63,949 nucleotides of DNA, filler included, from Octopus bimaculoides (GCF_001194135.2; 4 parts of 4 records of this genome joined end to end with filler, not necessarily neighbours in it), one strand, 5' to 3'. Positions 1 to 12,487 are shown, numbered from the whole stretch's first letter. Numbers and translations are program-made. Notes: generated by a model not told the origin, from the sequence alone.

Positions 1-299
1 ATATATATATATATATATAAAAATTAACAGAATGAGATTAAAAAATCCAAAGCTGCGAATAGTTTTCACCCTCGATCGAATAACACCGTTTAAAAGACTT
101 TGTATGGAATGGCCAATTATAAACACCATTGGAATTCACGCACAGGGTACAGGAAACTTATATATACACCATTCTGCTTAGAGAATGGAACTGCAGATGC
201 AATATCCCTGCATATCTCACGTCTGTTTTCATTCCTCCACTTCACTCTGTATTTCATATCTTCTCTATAATAACTATCACTTAAACATTTTCTCGCACC

Positions 300-347
300 G
301 TCTCTGATGAAGGGATATTTAAAATATCCCCGGAACAGCTGTAAGAC
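300..347 (+). ncRNA. Minimal type-I hammerhead ribozyme motif (Penelope-type), with one core substitution
   Basis: GTCT-CTGATGA-A-GGGATATT/taa/AATATCCC-C-GGAA-CAGCTG-TA-AGAC. Stem I is GTCT/AGAC, stem II is 8 bp and stem III is the palindrome ACAGCTGT. The core GAAA reads GGAA. Confidence 0.65.
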
Positions 348-418
348 CTCTTTATAAATGTTCTGAAAACTATTCACTGTCTTGGATTTTTTATCTCATT
401 ATGTTAATTTTATACACA

Positions 419-500
<82 letters not shown>

Positions 501-530
501 TATATATGTGTATATATATATATATATATG

Positions 531-795
531 CATATGAGGACAGGACGTCACCAAACAGTAAATGTCAATAAATACGAAAGCAAAGGACAAGTAACATAAA
601 GAACGACCTTTCGTCAGTTGTCCGCTGTCAATCTACTCCAGATTTCGAGCATTGAACGAGAATATGAGTCTTCGAAGACAGTTGTTCCCATACGTACCAA
701 ATTAAAATTTGGGACTTAGGCAGGGCCAAAGTTGGGAACAAAAACAGGAGTGTGGAGACATACAAGGAAACCGAGCGAAAACAAACATGATATAT
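531..795 (-). repeat. Dispersed repeat of the same family as 63550-63843, in opposite orientation
   Basis: Its reverse complement aligns with 63550-63843 (caactgtcttcgaa..ctcatatt.tcgtt.aatgctcgaaat..ggagtagat.gacagc.gacaactga.gaa.ggtcgttc..ggtgacgtcctgt). The ORF track shows the same pseudo-peptide WEQLSSK in both. Confidence 0.85.
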
Positions 796-851
796 GTTAT
801 TTATATTGTTATTTAATTGAAAGCCATGCATCCATTTCCAAGTGTGTATAT

Positions 852-882
<31 letters not shown>

Positions 883-1930
883 NNNNNNNNNNNNNNNNNN
901 NNNNNNNNNNNNNNNNNNNNNNNNNNNNNNNNNNNNNNNNNNNNNNNNNNNNNNNNNNNNNNNNNNNNNNNNNNNNNNNNNNNNNNNNNNNNNNNNNNNN
1001 NNNNNNNNNNNNNNNNNNNNNNNNNNNNNNNNNNNNNNNNNNNNNNNNNNNNNNNNNNNNNNNNNNNNNNNNNNNNNNNNNNNNNNNNNNNNNNNNNNNN
1101 NNNNNNNNNNNNNNNNNNNNNNNNNNNNNNNNNNNNNNNNNNNNNNNNNNNNNNNNNNNNNNNNNNNNNNNNNNNNNNNNNNNNNNNNNNNNNNNNNNNN
1201 NNNNNNNNNNNNNNNNNNNNNNNNNNNNNNNNNNNNNNNNNNNNNNNNNNNNNNNNNNNNNNNNNNNNNNNNNNNNNNNNNNNNNNNNNNNNNNNNNNNN
1301 NNNNNNNNNNNNNNNNNNNNNNNNNNNNNNNNNNNNNNNNNNNNNNNNNNNNNNNNNNNNNNNNNNNNNNNNNNNNNNNNNNNNNNNNNNNNNNNNNNNN
1401 NNNNNNNNNNNNNNNNNNNNNNNNNNNNNNNNNNNNNNNNNNNNNNNNNNNNNNNNNNNNNNNNNNNNNNNNNNNNNNNNNNNNNNNNNNNNNNNNNNNN
1501 NNNNNNNNNNNNNNNNNNNNNNNNNNNNNNNNNNNNNNNNNNNNNNNNNNNNNNNNNNNNNNNNNNNNNNNNNNNNNNNNNNNNNNNNNNNNNNNNNNNN
1601 NNNNNNNNNNNNNNNNNNNNNNNNNNNNNNNNNNNNNNNNNNNNNNNNNNNNNNNNNNNNNNNNNNNNNNNNNNNNNNNNNNNNNNNNNNNNNNNNNNNN
1701 NNNNNNNNNNNNNNNNNNNACACACTTACATGCACACACGCACACATATTGATCAGTACAGCCCTCCCTGGGGCTTTGCCTTTTGCTTCGCTCTACTGAC
1801 TGCTCCCGGGCAGTGTTTTAGTTACTGCAGTAAAGAGAACAGAGGTAGAAAGGGAGAGAGATAGAGAGAGAGAGAAAGAGAGAGAGTGTGTTTGTGTGTG
1901 TTAGCATGATAGAGAGGAAAGACTGGAAGA

Positions 1931-1968
<38 letters not shown>

Positions 1969-2374
1969 TAGATAGATAGAAAGATAGACAGACAGACAGA
2001 CTGACAGCTAGTTAGATAGATAGACAGATAGATAGATAGGCGAGTAACTATGCAGGTGGTGGATAGAGAAACACAGAGACAGGAAGCTGACGGGTTAGAA
2101 TGATTAACAGCTATTTGAGGAGTTTAGACTGATGCACAAAGTCGAATTGAACAACTTGAACCAACTGCAATTATCAAAGCAATTTGTAGATAAAAACTCC
2201 CTCTAGGACTGTTCAGTGTAAAAGAAACGACGGGCAAAAGAGATGTCTAACAAGATCACGTTTGGAATTTTTAGACATTGCATCTTGTATCGGTTCTTCT
2301 GTTTAAAACCAATAGTTGAAAGCAGTCGATGTTTTTGGTATATTCCATCTCGTCAGTGAAGAACGACCCGTTTA

Positions 2375-2813
2375 TTCTTTTACTTGTTTCAGTTATATGA
2401 CTGCGGCCATGCTGGAGCACCACCTTTAGTCGAAGAAATCGACCCCAGGGGTTATTCTTTGTAAGCCTGGTACTTATTATATCGGTGTCTGTTGCCGAAC
2501 CGCTAGATTACGGGGACGTAAACACACCAACGTCGGTTGTCAAGCGATAGTGGGAGACAAACACACACACATGCAAATATACATATATAGAAGCCAGTCG
2601 CAAATTTATATATATNNNNNNNNNNNNNNNNNNNNNNNNNNNNNNNNNNNNNNNNNATATATATATATATAATTTTACGGCAGGCTTCTTTCGGTTTCCG
2701 TCTACCAAATCCACTCAGAAGGATTTGGTCGGCCCGAGGCTATAGTGGAAGATACTTCCCCAAAGTGCCACGCACTGGGACTGAACCTAGAACCATGTGG
2801 CTGAGAAGCAAGA
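2375..2813 (-). mobile_element. Near full-length tRNA-derived SINE (family 1) with an internal microsatellite
   Basis: The minus strand reads a tRNA-like head with B-box-like ggttcagtccc, a core (ggatttggtagacggaaac), an internal (TA)n/(TG)n tract containing a gap, and a 3' body ending ccagcatggccgcagtc...tgaaacaagtaaaag. At least 10 related fragments lie elsewhere in the window. Confidence 0.85.
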
Positions 2814-3524
2814 GAGGTCAATATACAGCATGATAGATTTAAATTTAGCGTTTAAATATGGAGAAAGGAGAAATAAATTGAATGGTATAATAAATAAGCG
2901 ATCCAATTGGTCAAAACCACTTTATATCATTCCCAAATTATCAAAAATCGAACATAAATATATATTAAAATAATAGGGCATCAAATGGTAAAATCCAACC
3001 GTATAAAATATACACATATACATGAATGAAAGGTGATAAAACCTAAAAGTTTAATAGGAGTGAAGTTGAATGAAGAAAAATATATGGAATAAATTAATGC
3101 ATAAAAAGGGCGACTAAAAATTGAAGGCAATGGAGCTAAAATAATATAAATATATAAAAATCTAAGAATATAAGTATGAAAAAATAAAGTGTAAGGTAAC
3201 CAGAACAGAGTCCATTTAAGCCTATCTCTACAATTACGATCGTTTCAAAGGATGCTGTTTCACATCGTTAATGTACAATCCATTTAGGAAATGCAACGGC
3301 ATATATATTTATATATGTCCATTCTAAGTTGATATTTACAATGATGTGATTGTGGCGAACAGCACTGCCACCACATCAGTACCTTAAACATCTAAACAAA
3401 AAAACTGAAGAATGAAATCGAACACTTACGTTTCGTTTTACTCGGAGGACGTCATCATTACACATGTTTCGGCTATCGTTCCAATCCTATAATAATAATA
3501 ATGATAATAATAATAATGATAATC

Positions 3525-3570
<46 letters not shown>

Positions 3571-5018
3571 TAATAATAATGATGATGATGATGATGATTT
3601 CTTTATTAACCACAAGAGTTTACACTAAGAGAAGTATTACGGACAGCACATGACAAAACAAAGAATGTTTGTGTGTGTAGGAGTGTGTGTTGTGAGGGTT
3701 TTGCGTGAAACAAGACTAACAAAATTATCAAAAAAAAAAAAATAATAATAATAATAAAAGAATGAAAGAAATCAATAATATGTATTCTTCAATATTTACT
3801 TATTTTTGAAGTGTGTTTTGTTTTAAACTGATGACGTAAACGGACATTGCATCTTAAGAAAAGGCATTGACTCCGACGCTCTACCGATTTCGCCAAGCCA
3901 ATGCTGTGATAATAAATATAAATAAGCGATGGCCATTCCTATAATCGTTGCACAATTATAATCTTTTATAATATTTCGTTGTTTATTCGTAGAAATACAG
4001 TCTGAAGAACATTCACAAGACAAATGCATTATATTCTATTGTCGCAAAAATAAAAATGGATAACATTATAATTGCTTATTATTTTTTTAACTCTTGATAA
4101 TTACTTCAATTTTTTTTATTTTATTTCATAAAGACATGCAAAGACTTGTTTATTGAACGAAATCTCGTTCTCTCGGTAACTTGCGGCTAGGATAAGATAT
4201 GTGATTCCGTGTAGAACTGAAAATTCAGCTGCAGACGGTACTTTCAGAAATTAAGATTTGTATCACAGTCATTTAACGTAAAGCTTGTAGCTGTGTTTGG
4301 AAATTTACAACTTGGAGAATGAAACAATTTGAAGAAAAAGATTCTTTCATTTCTACTTTCCATAGATTGATTTAACCATATGCAGCAGAAAAGTTGTACA
4401 AAATATAATACACAAGTTTTATAGTGAACCTGTGTACGTAGCAAGAATAAATTGTCAGATTTTCCCAGAACAAGGTTACAGAGTTTTTGAGGATGAAGTG
4501 TCGTTGATTCCTTAACTCCGGGAAGAAGAAAAATCTAAGTTATTCTCGTTGGAATTTGAAGTACGAATGTAAAAGATGATAACTGAATATTAGAGAATTA
4601 AATGAAACTATGCGTCTATGAGGGTTTCTAGTTATAGCACAAAATTTTTTATGTTTTGAGGGGGTTTTAGGGAGGTAAATCAGCAAAGAATTCGAAGACA
4701 GATTACAAAATAAATAAATAAATAAATAATAAAAAGCATAATGAATGAGAACATTTTTATGAGATTTTATAATGATTCCAGGGTTAGAATATTTTCCAAT
4801 TGAACCTCCATCCTTTCCACCGTCTCCAGGATTGTAATTGTCCTGAGAACTGCATCTTCCTATTCTCTGTTGTTTCTGTTGCTTCCTACACTAGTCTCAT
4901 TTCTGAGCGATTCCGATTCTTTTCGGCCAAAAGTACTTCAATGACCTTTACTGCCACATGTTAAGGGGTTGCCCTACATACAACTTCGGAACTATTTGAA
5001 AGACACAGAGAGAGGGAG

Positions 5019-5020
<2 letters not shown>

Positions 5021-5092
<72 letters not shown>

Positions 5093-5225
5093 GACAAACA
5101 GACTGACCGAGAAAGAGAGAGACAAGAAGAAGAAGAAGAAGAAGAAGAAGAAGAAGAAGAAGAAGAAGAAGAAGAAGAAGAAGAAGAAGAAGAAGAAGAA
5201 GAAGAAGAAGAAGAAGAAAAAGAAG
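5021..5225. repeat. Compound microsatellite (TG)n(GA)n...(GAA)n; representative of dozens of TA, CA, GA, GATA, GACA, TACA, TAA, TAG and CTA tracts
   Basis: About 30 pure GAA units. Other large tracts at 3490-3600 (TAA), 6550-6660 (GACA/GATA), 22375-22440 (TAG), 30064-30190 (CA), 41215-41285 (TAA), 45760-45895 (CT) and 53660-53789 (CTA/TAA). Confidence 0.97.
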
Positions 5226-5606
5226 AGGGAAATTAGGCAGCTTGCATTAAATACTCAAATAGTCTGTTGAGATTTCCGTAAATCACTATAAGCAGTGGGA
5301 ATGCTGGGATATTTGTTGTTGATCTAAAATCGAAATTTCGAGGGTTTTATTTTCCCTCCCAATTCTAATATTCAATTTTTATACATAAAAATGACTTCAG
5401 GAAGAGACCTGTGCAAAATTACCGATTCATTAAGCCAGCGTTTTGTTTTTATATCTGATGATGTCAACGAATGAATCTGGAAATAGTTGAATCGACCCGA
5501 TTTAGCAGTCAAATCGCCCTTATATGATATCCGGCCGCCTAAAAGATGGGGAGATACTTTAAGATGATGTAGACTGGGTAGCATTTATGCCTTAAAAAAG
5601 ATGGGT

Positions 5607-5798
5607 CTTTTACTGGTTTCAGTCATTTGACTGCGGCCATGCTGGAGCACCGCCTTTAGTCGAGAAAATCGACCCCAGGACTTATTCTTTGTAAGCCTAG
5701 TATTTATTCTATCGGTGTCTTTTGCCGAACCGGGGACATAATAAGCACACCAGCATCGGTTGTCAAGCAATGCTAGGGGGACAAACACGGACACACAA

Positions 5799-5800
<2 letters not shown>
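5607..5800 (-). mobile_element. SINE family 1, 3' half
   Basis: tttactggtttcagtcatttgactgcggccatgctggagcaccgcc... matches 2375-2580; runs into (TA)n and a gap. Confidence 0.85.
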
Positions 5801-5835
<35 letters not shown>

Positions 5836-6194
5836 NNNNNNNNNNNNNNNNNNNNNNNNNNNNNNNNNNNNNNNNNNNNNNNNNNNNNNNNNNNNNNNNN
5901 NNNNNNNNNNNNNNNNNNNNNNNNNNNNNNNNNNNNNNNNNNNNNNNNNNNNNNNNNNNNNNNNNNNNNNNNNNNNNNNNNNNNNNNNNNNNNNNNNNNN
6001 NNNNNNNNNNNNNNNNNNNNNNNNNNNNNNNNNNNNNNNNNNNNNNNNNNNNNNNNNNNNNNNNNNNNNNNNNNNNNNNNNNNNNNNNNNNNNNNNNNNN
6101 NNNNNNNNNNNNNNNNNNNNNNNNNNNNNNNNNNNNNNNNTAATGATTTAACCAATTAATTAGCTGCGTTGTAACTGGGGTAGACAAAAAATTC

Positions 6195-6261
6195 TTCAAG
6201 GCGATGCCCCAGCATGGCCAGAGTCTAATGATTGAAACACGTAAAAGATAAAATTTATGTA

Positions 6262-6292
<31 letters not shown>

Positions 6293-6515
6293 GTGTGCGT
6301 GTGTGTTTCTATCTTTTACTTGTTTCAGTCATTAAGCACGTGACTATGTTGGGGCACTGCTTCGAAGAGTTTTTGCCGAACTAACCGACCCAAGAACTCC
6401 TTTTTTTTAAGCCTGCAATTAATGTATCTATCTGTTTTGCCGAAACACCAAGTTACAGGGATGTAAACACATCAGCACCGGTTGTCAAGCAGTCGCGCAA
6501 GGACAAACACAAACA
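6195..6515. mobile_element. Two SINE family 1 fragments tail-to-tail (+ tail 6195-6252, - 3' half 6310-6515)
   Basis: ccccagcatggcc..tgaaacacgtaaaag on +, then (TG)n, then cttttacttgtttcagtcatt...gtaaacacatcagcaccggttgtcaagc. Confidence 0.7.
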
Positions 6516-6607
6516 GAAAGAAGCGCACATACACACACACAGAGTTAAACAGACAGACAGACAGACAGACAGACAGACGGGTAAATAGATAAACAGGCAG
6601 ACAGACG

Positions 6608-6661
<54 letters not shown>

Positions 6662-7327
6662 TTCTGCTTCGAATATTTAAAATACCAAGTATAGTCGAAG
6701 CGGGAACACTTTTCAGAGTGGACTTGTTGATCACCATTTAATCAGTGCTTAACCATAAGATTGACAACAACAACGCATAATTATAAATTAAACGCAAACT
6801 AACTTCGCCTTTTCTAACAAGAACTTTTCCGATCGGTTCTTGTAAACAAATCTATAAACAGCAAGAGTTATTCCCCTTATATGTATGTATGCAATATCTT
6901 TAGGCACCGCCCTCTATCCATAGTAGGCGTGTCTACATGTTATTGCTGACGCCTACATTGTTAATGCCTTAATACGCATCTTCAGCTCTCTCTTTGTTTC
7001 GTTTTAGACTTGTCTCCGCCCCGTTTTTCTTTCTGCTTCTTAACTTTTACACGCAACCATTAACACAGAATTCGCAAAGACTTAGATATTTATACACATT
7101 ATTCATTCCTTGTGTGTGACTGCGCGCAGACGAGCGTGCGTGTGTGATTGGGTGTGCGTGTCTGTGTGTGTGCGTGTCTGTGTGTGTGTGTGTTTCTTTG
7201 TGTGTGCGTGTGTGCGTGTGTTTGTGTATGCAAGTGCGCACTCACATACATACAGCTCGATACACATGCGTACACAATATACAAGTCAATACTAACACAA
7301 ATGTATATACTTAATACACACACACAC

Positions 7328-7364
<37 letters not shown>

Positions 7365-7454
7365 GCATACATATATTACACACACGCACATTCTTGAGAC
7401 AAAAAACTTCTGGTGGTAAAAATTTTCAACGCACTCCAGCTCATTTGAAAGACT

Positions 7455-7850
7455 ATAAATGTTCGTATCTTGATGTTACCTTGGAAGAAAGATGACTTGT
7501 CCAAAGATCCAAGCTTACTAGATATAGATGTAGTCGACATAAGTGAGACCAGAATTTCGTGACCTTCACCTTTACACACACCTTTAACGTCTACGAGTTG
7601 TACCTTTTCCAAGTCTGCATTAATCGGAAAGCAGTGTGTGTGGTAGTGTCATTTTAGAAAGATTTAGATTTTGAGGTGTAGAAGATCTTACAAGACACGA
7701 ATTTGAAGTCGGCAGCACTGAGCGTGAGCATCAGAGAAAGCGCTGCCTTCAGACAAGTGTCAATCTAAAATAGGAGTATTCACAAATTCAACCGGTCGGC
7801 AACGCAGTCTGCAAATTTGTGATCAGCGTGGCCGATTTATAAACAAGGTC
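7455..7850 (+). mobile_element. Decayed L1/Tx1-clade LINE apurinic endonuclease remnant
   Basis: My translation across stops and frameshifts gives NVRIL..WK..DL...LDIDVVDISETRI, then FNVYELY, VCVVVSF*KDLDFEV and AFRQVSI. This is the order of APE motifs (NVRG, SETR, GVAVL.RK, FRLVAVY). Confidence 0.55.
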
Positions 7851-7851
7851 C

Positions 7852-8487
7852 CGTCCAACGTACCATTCTCCCTGCCTTCCAGTGACTCCACTCCGACCCC
7901 TCCACCTCGTACATCTTCCCCAACCTACCCCTTCCCTCCTTCAAACGAGCCCNNNNNNNNNNNNNNNNNNNNNNNNNNNNNNNNNNNNNNNNNNNNNNNN
8001 NNNNNNNNNNNNNNNNNNNNNNNNNNNNNNNNNNNNNNNNNNNNNNNNNNNNNNNNNNNNNNNNNNNNNNNNNNNNNNNNNNNNNNNNNNNNNNNNNNNN
8101 NNNNNNNNNNNNNNNNNNNNNNNNNNNNNNNNNNNNNNNNNNNNNNNNNNNNNNNNNNNNNNNNNNNNNNNNNNNNNNACCGATTCCTTTACATGTACTT
8201 ATAACTTCGTTATTTACTGCATCTCCTGCTCTTTCTGCCCTTCTGTGTACGTCGGTTGCTTGGCTGACCAGTTCGTGAAGCATCTCCGAGACATCAAACT
8301 CAACAATGACACCCCGGTCTCGCACCGTTTCCGCTCTACCGCTCGTTCACTACAACACCTGTCTGTGTTCGGATTGTCTTTGCGCACGGGCCATCCGGAC
8401 TCACGCCTTCACCGTGAACAGGATTTAATCTTCTCTCTTCGCTCCTTTGCGCCACATGGGCTCAACTCCCCTCCTCTCTTCATCTGA
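7852..8487 (+). mobile_element. Penelope-like element remnant: RT-EN linker and GIY-YIG endonuclease
   Basis: Before the gap, SDPSTSYIFPNLPLPSFKRA (linker FP.PP...FRR). After it, FTCTYNFVIYCISCSFCPSVYVG..LADQFVKHLRDIK...PVSHRF...REQDLIFSL...PHGLN: GIY and YIG motifs, CCHH residues and the terminal GLN. The GET/RL segment is deleted. Confidence 0.85.
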
Positions 8488-9280
8488 CTCCCCTCCTCTC
8501 CTCACTCCTATCCACCTCTCTTCATTGATACCGCTCACACACCCTACCCCCACACATCTATCCCTACCCCACCACATAGCCCCACCCCACACTACTACTA
8601 CTTACTGTTCCTGCTACCACTGTTGCTATTACTACAATTACTACCCATACTTTTGCTGCTGCTGCTGCTGCTGTTGCTACTACTACTATTACTACTAGAG
8701 TTGTGAAAGAAATGAGTCCAGAAACTAAAAATTAAACGTAAATACAAAAAGTATGTATCAGGCAAAAACAAACACATCCCGAGATTTAAATGGGGTTAAC
8801 TTTCGTTTTCCTATTTTTAAAAGGAAAGCGTAAAATTAATTAAAATGGCTGAAATTCAAGCAATAAAAATAAAACTAACCTAAAAATATCTCCGGTACTG
8901 ATGAAACTCCAAAGAGGAATAAAAAATGGTAAACAATAAAATCAGTCAGCAAGACGGGATCAAACGGCATGCATGTATATATATATATATATATNNNNNN
9001 NNNNNNNNNNNNNNNNNNNNNNNNNNNNNNNNNNNNNNNNNNNNNNNNNNNNNNNNNNNNNNNNNNNNNNNNNNNNNNNNNNNNNNNNNNNNNNNNNNNN
9101 NNNNNNNNNNNNNNNNNNNNNNNNNNNNNNNNNNNNNNNNNNNNNNNNNNNNNNNNNNNNNNNNNNNNNNNNNNNNNNNAACAGTTTCAATAGTTTGAAG
9201 TTAATAGTAATAATAAATCCATTTGAAAAAACAGAAAAATGACGAAAGGAAATCTGAAATATATTTAATAAACATATAAA

Positions 9281-9338
<58 letters not shown>

Positions 9339-10805
9339 TAAAGAGAGGGAGAGGAAGAGATGGGAGAAATTGGTAGAGAGTGTGAGGCACTCCAAAGCAA
9401 AATGAAAAGCCTGTCTCTCTTTGTCTGCCTGTAAATTTCTCTTTCTCTCACAATCTCTACTCTCTCCCGCTCTCTTTATCTCTCTCTCACTTTCTTTCTC
9501 TTTCTCTCCCACGCGCGCGCGCGTGCACGTACAGCCCCTATCATTAGTATCAAATTGTCTGTTAAGGTTTTTTGATTTCAATTGAACTATTTTTTTCGTT
9601 GTTCAATGTTTATACACACTCACACAGGCACTCTCTCTCATACACATACATACACACACACGTATTAGCTCTTCTATTTTATTGTATTTTATTTTTATGT
9701 TACTATTTCAAAACGGAAATCGTCTCATTTTGTCTGACATTGGTTTGTTGCTTCCGTCGTTGTTTTGGTCAGGATCAAAAATAGAAAGGGTCAGTGGTCT
9801 TTATTATTATTATAGTCGTTTAATAGTGTATTAAAGTATGAAAGCAGGTAGGGTCGAGATCATGACCTTCGGAAGGCCTCTCACTTTCTCTCTCTCTTCT
9901 TTTCTTACTCTCTCCATCCCCTTGGCAGAAATTTAATGGTTTTAGGCTTGTATTTACTGATTTTTAGCAATTATACAAGATCCTCATAAAAGATTGGAAC
10001 GATATCGTTGGTAGTAACCAAGAGTTTCGGCTCTTAACTGGTGATGGATTTCCTTGACACACAAAGGGGTAAAAAAGGGAAGTCGGCACTGGATACGTGC
10101 CGTGGCGACGACCACTTTTGATGACTTTGAGACATGTTCAATGTGGAGTGCAGTACGGAGGAACCGGTTAAATTGCTTAGGTTTGATACAGACCTAAGAA
10201 ATGAAACGAGGTGATATGCAAAATGGCCAATCTCATCTAGAAATGGGCTGAAAGATGTCTCAGAAGGGTAGGGCCGAAGTGGAGGACACCAACATTGCAC
10301 CCACCATCTGTTGACACCTGAATACCGTACCTTGTCCAGCTTCGTGCCTGACAAGAACGGAACTCTTGTACTTTCGCTTCTTGTGTAGGTGATGTGTTCC
10401 GCCGCTCAGACGGTCCATTTGCTGTCGACCTCCGCTACAAAGAGGATTGGGCTTGCCATGGTTAATAATATACAGACATGAGCTACAGCTGCGACATCTT
10501 CAGCTTTCCTTGACAGCAGGAGTGGTTGCCACAGGTCATCCATTTCATAGAGGTGTACTCGTAGATCAAGTGTAAATGGAGGAAGGGTGAAATATGCCGT
10601 TTTATCAGAGGAACTTGAAGTAGACAGGGTTATAAATACTAGCGAGTGAAATATTGGATAAAAAAAAAACCTTGAGATAGACAAAATATCGAAGGCTGTA
10701 CTTGGGACACGAACCCACATCTGTGAACACAACAGATGTGCTATCAAGGGAATCTTTCGAATGTTCAGGTTCCAACTTTTTCTCACTAAAAGTTTTTCAA
10801 TCTGA

Positions 10806-11027
10806 TATTCTGGTGCTGAGAAGCTCCTGGCATTAAGAGTATCGCGAAAAGCCTGGTTGGAGGCCCAACGTTCCTAATTCTTTAACAGGGTTTAGAAAAA
10901 AACTGAAGGACTGCTGCAATAAATGAGTGAATATGTGAGGGAAATATGTTAAATAAAATCATAATTAACTGATCCTCTTGTATTTTCCTGTACCCAAAGC
11001 CAGGAACTTTTCAGTGCCCTTCCTGTA
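10806..11027 (-). mobile_element. Tc1/mariner-type MITE with terminal inverted repeats
   Basis: Left end ggtgctgagaagctcctggc and right end gccaggaacttttcagtgcccttcctgTA. The internal sequence is the reverse complement of 28572-28748. Confidence 0.75.
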
Positions 11028-12487
11028 TATATACAAACGCATACAAAGAGACAAATTGGCAAAAGTACAAACGACAGATATTGTTAATTTTCACTCACCG
11101 GCAAAGGGACATAACTGCCCGTGGTTGGCGCTCGGCATGACGTCATGTTTTGACCTCCACATATCTACGAAAATAAGCGAAAATATTATGAATTTAGTAT
11201 TTTTATTTGGTACGAATAAATATTTCAACAAGTTTGTTATGATCGTAATCGATAGTATCATTCAACATTGCCATAGACGCTATTTACCCGTCTCCCTGGC
11301 AACAAGAATGGAAAGTACATAAATGGCATTGGAAAGAACGGGACCTGCAATGAACAAAGAGAGACCTGGGGAAATCAGATATGCGAAACAACGCTGACAT
11401 TGGGTTAAAACAAACCGGTATTTTTTTAAAGGAAATTGTCCAAGGACGATAGGCACATGAAAGGTGAAGCTGATTACGAAGAGCATTCTACGTTCACTCA
11501 CTGCACAAAAGATTCATCATAATGAGAATTTCAATGACGTAGAACGCACTAAATATTTTATTTCAAAATTTAATTTCGTTCCCAGAATACACAAGGTTCT
11601 GGCTTCAAATCCATCGATAGCTAAGTTAAATTCATGAAAGAAAAAAAGTAGAAAAAGCGAAAGAAAGTCTAGTTACTGCTGATGCATCGTTTCTGCAGGA
11701 ATTTGGTCATTCCAATGAATTTTGGTATGTGTGCATTGAACGTCAGGAACTACCCATCTACTGTCATTTTTATGCTGTCCAACCAAGGTTTTGAAGCTTC
11801 CATTTTTTAGTGCACTTCGGTGAGTATAGTAGACATCTTCACCAGTTTAGTTCTTCTCAGAAACCAATTTCTCCATGCATCATAAAACTCCTATAAATCA
11901 TCTGAATTCTAAATATATCGAAGAGACCATTTTCTCCGCAAAAGTCTGGAAGCTTTGTAGATATAATGGAATCAATTCTAAAGCTTTCGCCCTTATTTGT
12001 AAATCAAATAAAAATGTCTGCCTGTAGCCAGCTGCATTTTTCTATGGCACTAGGGATGAGAATATCATTTACAGCAAACTTGTTCCGTAAACGCCTACAT
12101 ATGTTTCTGGCCGAAATTTCAACAAGCATTCCTAAAATTTGAACTTCCAATTAATTAATTAAATTAGTTGATAAGCTAATTTCTAACTGATGAACTTATC
12201 AAATCTCATAAGCAAATGCTTTACGTTTATCTAAAGTTCATTTATATGAGTGTGTGTATGTGTGTGTGTGTGTAAATGTATGTGCGCACACACACATTCA
12301 CACGCACACAGACATATACATATATATGTGTATTTACGGGTATGTTTTTTCGTGTGCGCACGAGTTTGTATATCCTACACAAAGTACAGTGGAAGGGTTC
12401 CGTTAGTATGTCACAGCACCAGCTTACAGAGGGATAATTTAGCCCACACACACATTATACTTACCAAAATGTATTAACCTAAGCAGG

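Noticed and set aside
628-1864. Long ORFs spanning N gaps here and elsewhere, and poly-YI/CV/HT/E ORFs
   Set aside because: Artefacts of N runs and microsatellites.
3421-3490. Two hammerhead-like GAAAC motifs on the minus strand (aTGATGA...GAAACGTA; GAAACATGTG)
   Set aside because: C3 is missing, stem II is broken, there is no stem I, and the second has a G at the cleavage position; at best a fossil.
11640-12120. Possible hAT dimerization-domain remnant on the minus strand
   Set aside because: Only vague similarity, with many stops; cannot be supported without an HMM search.
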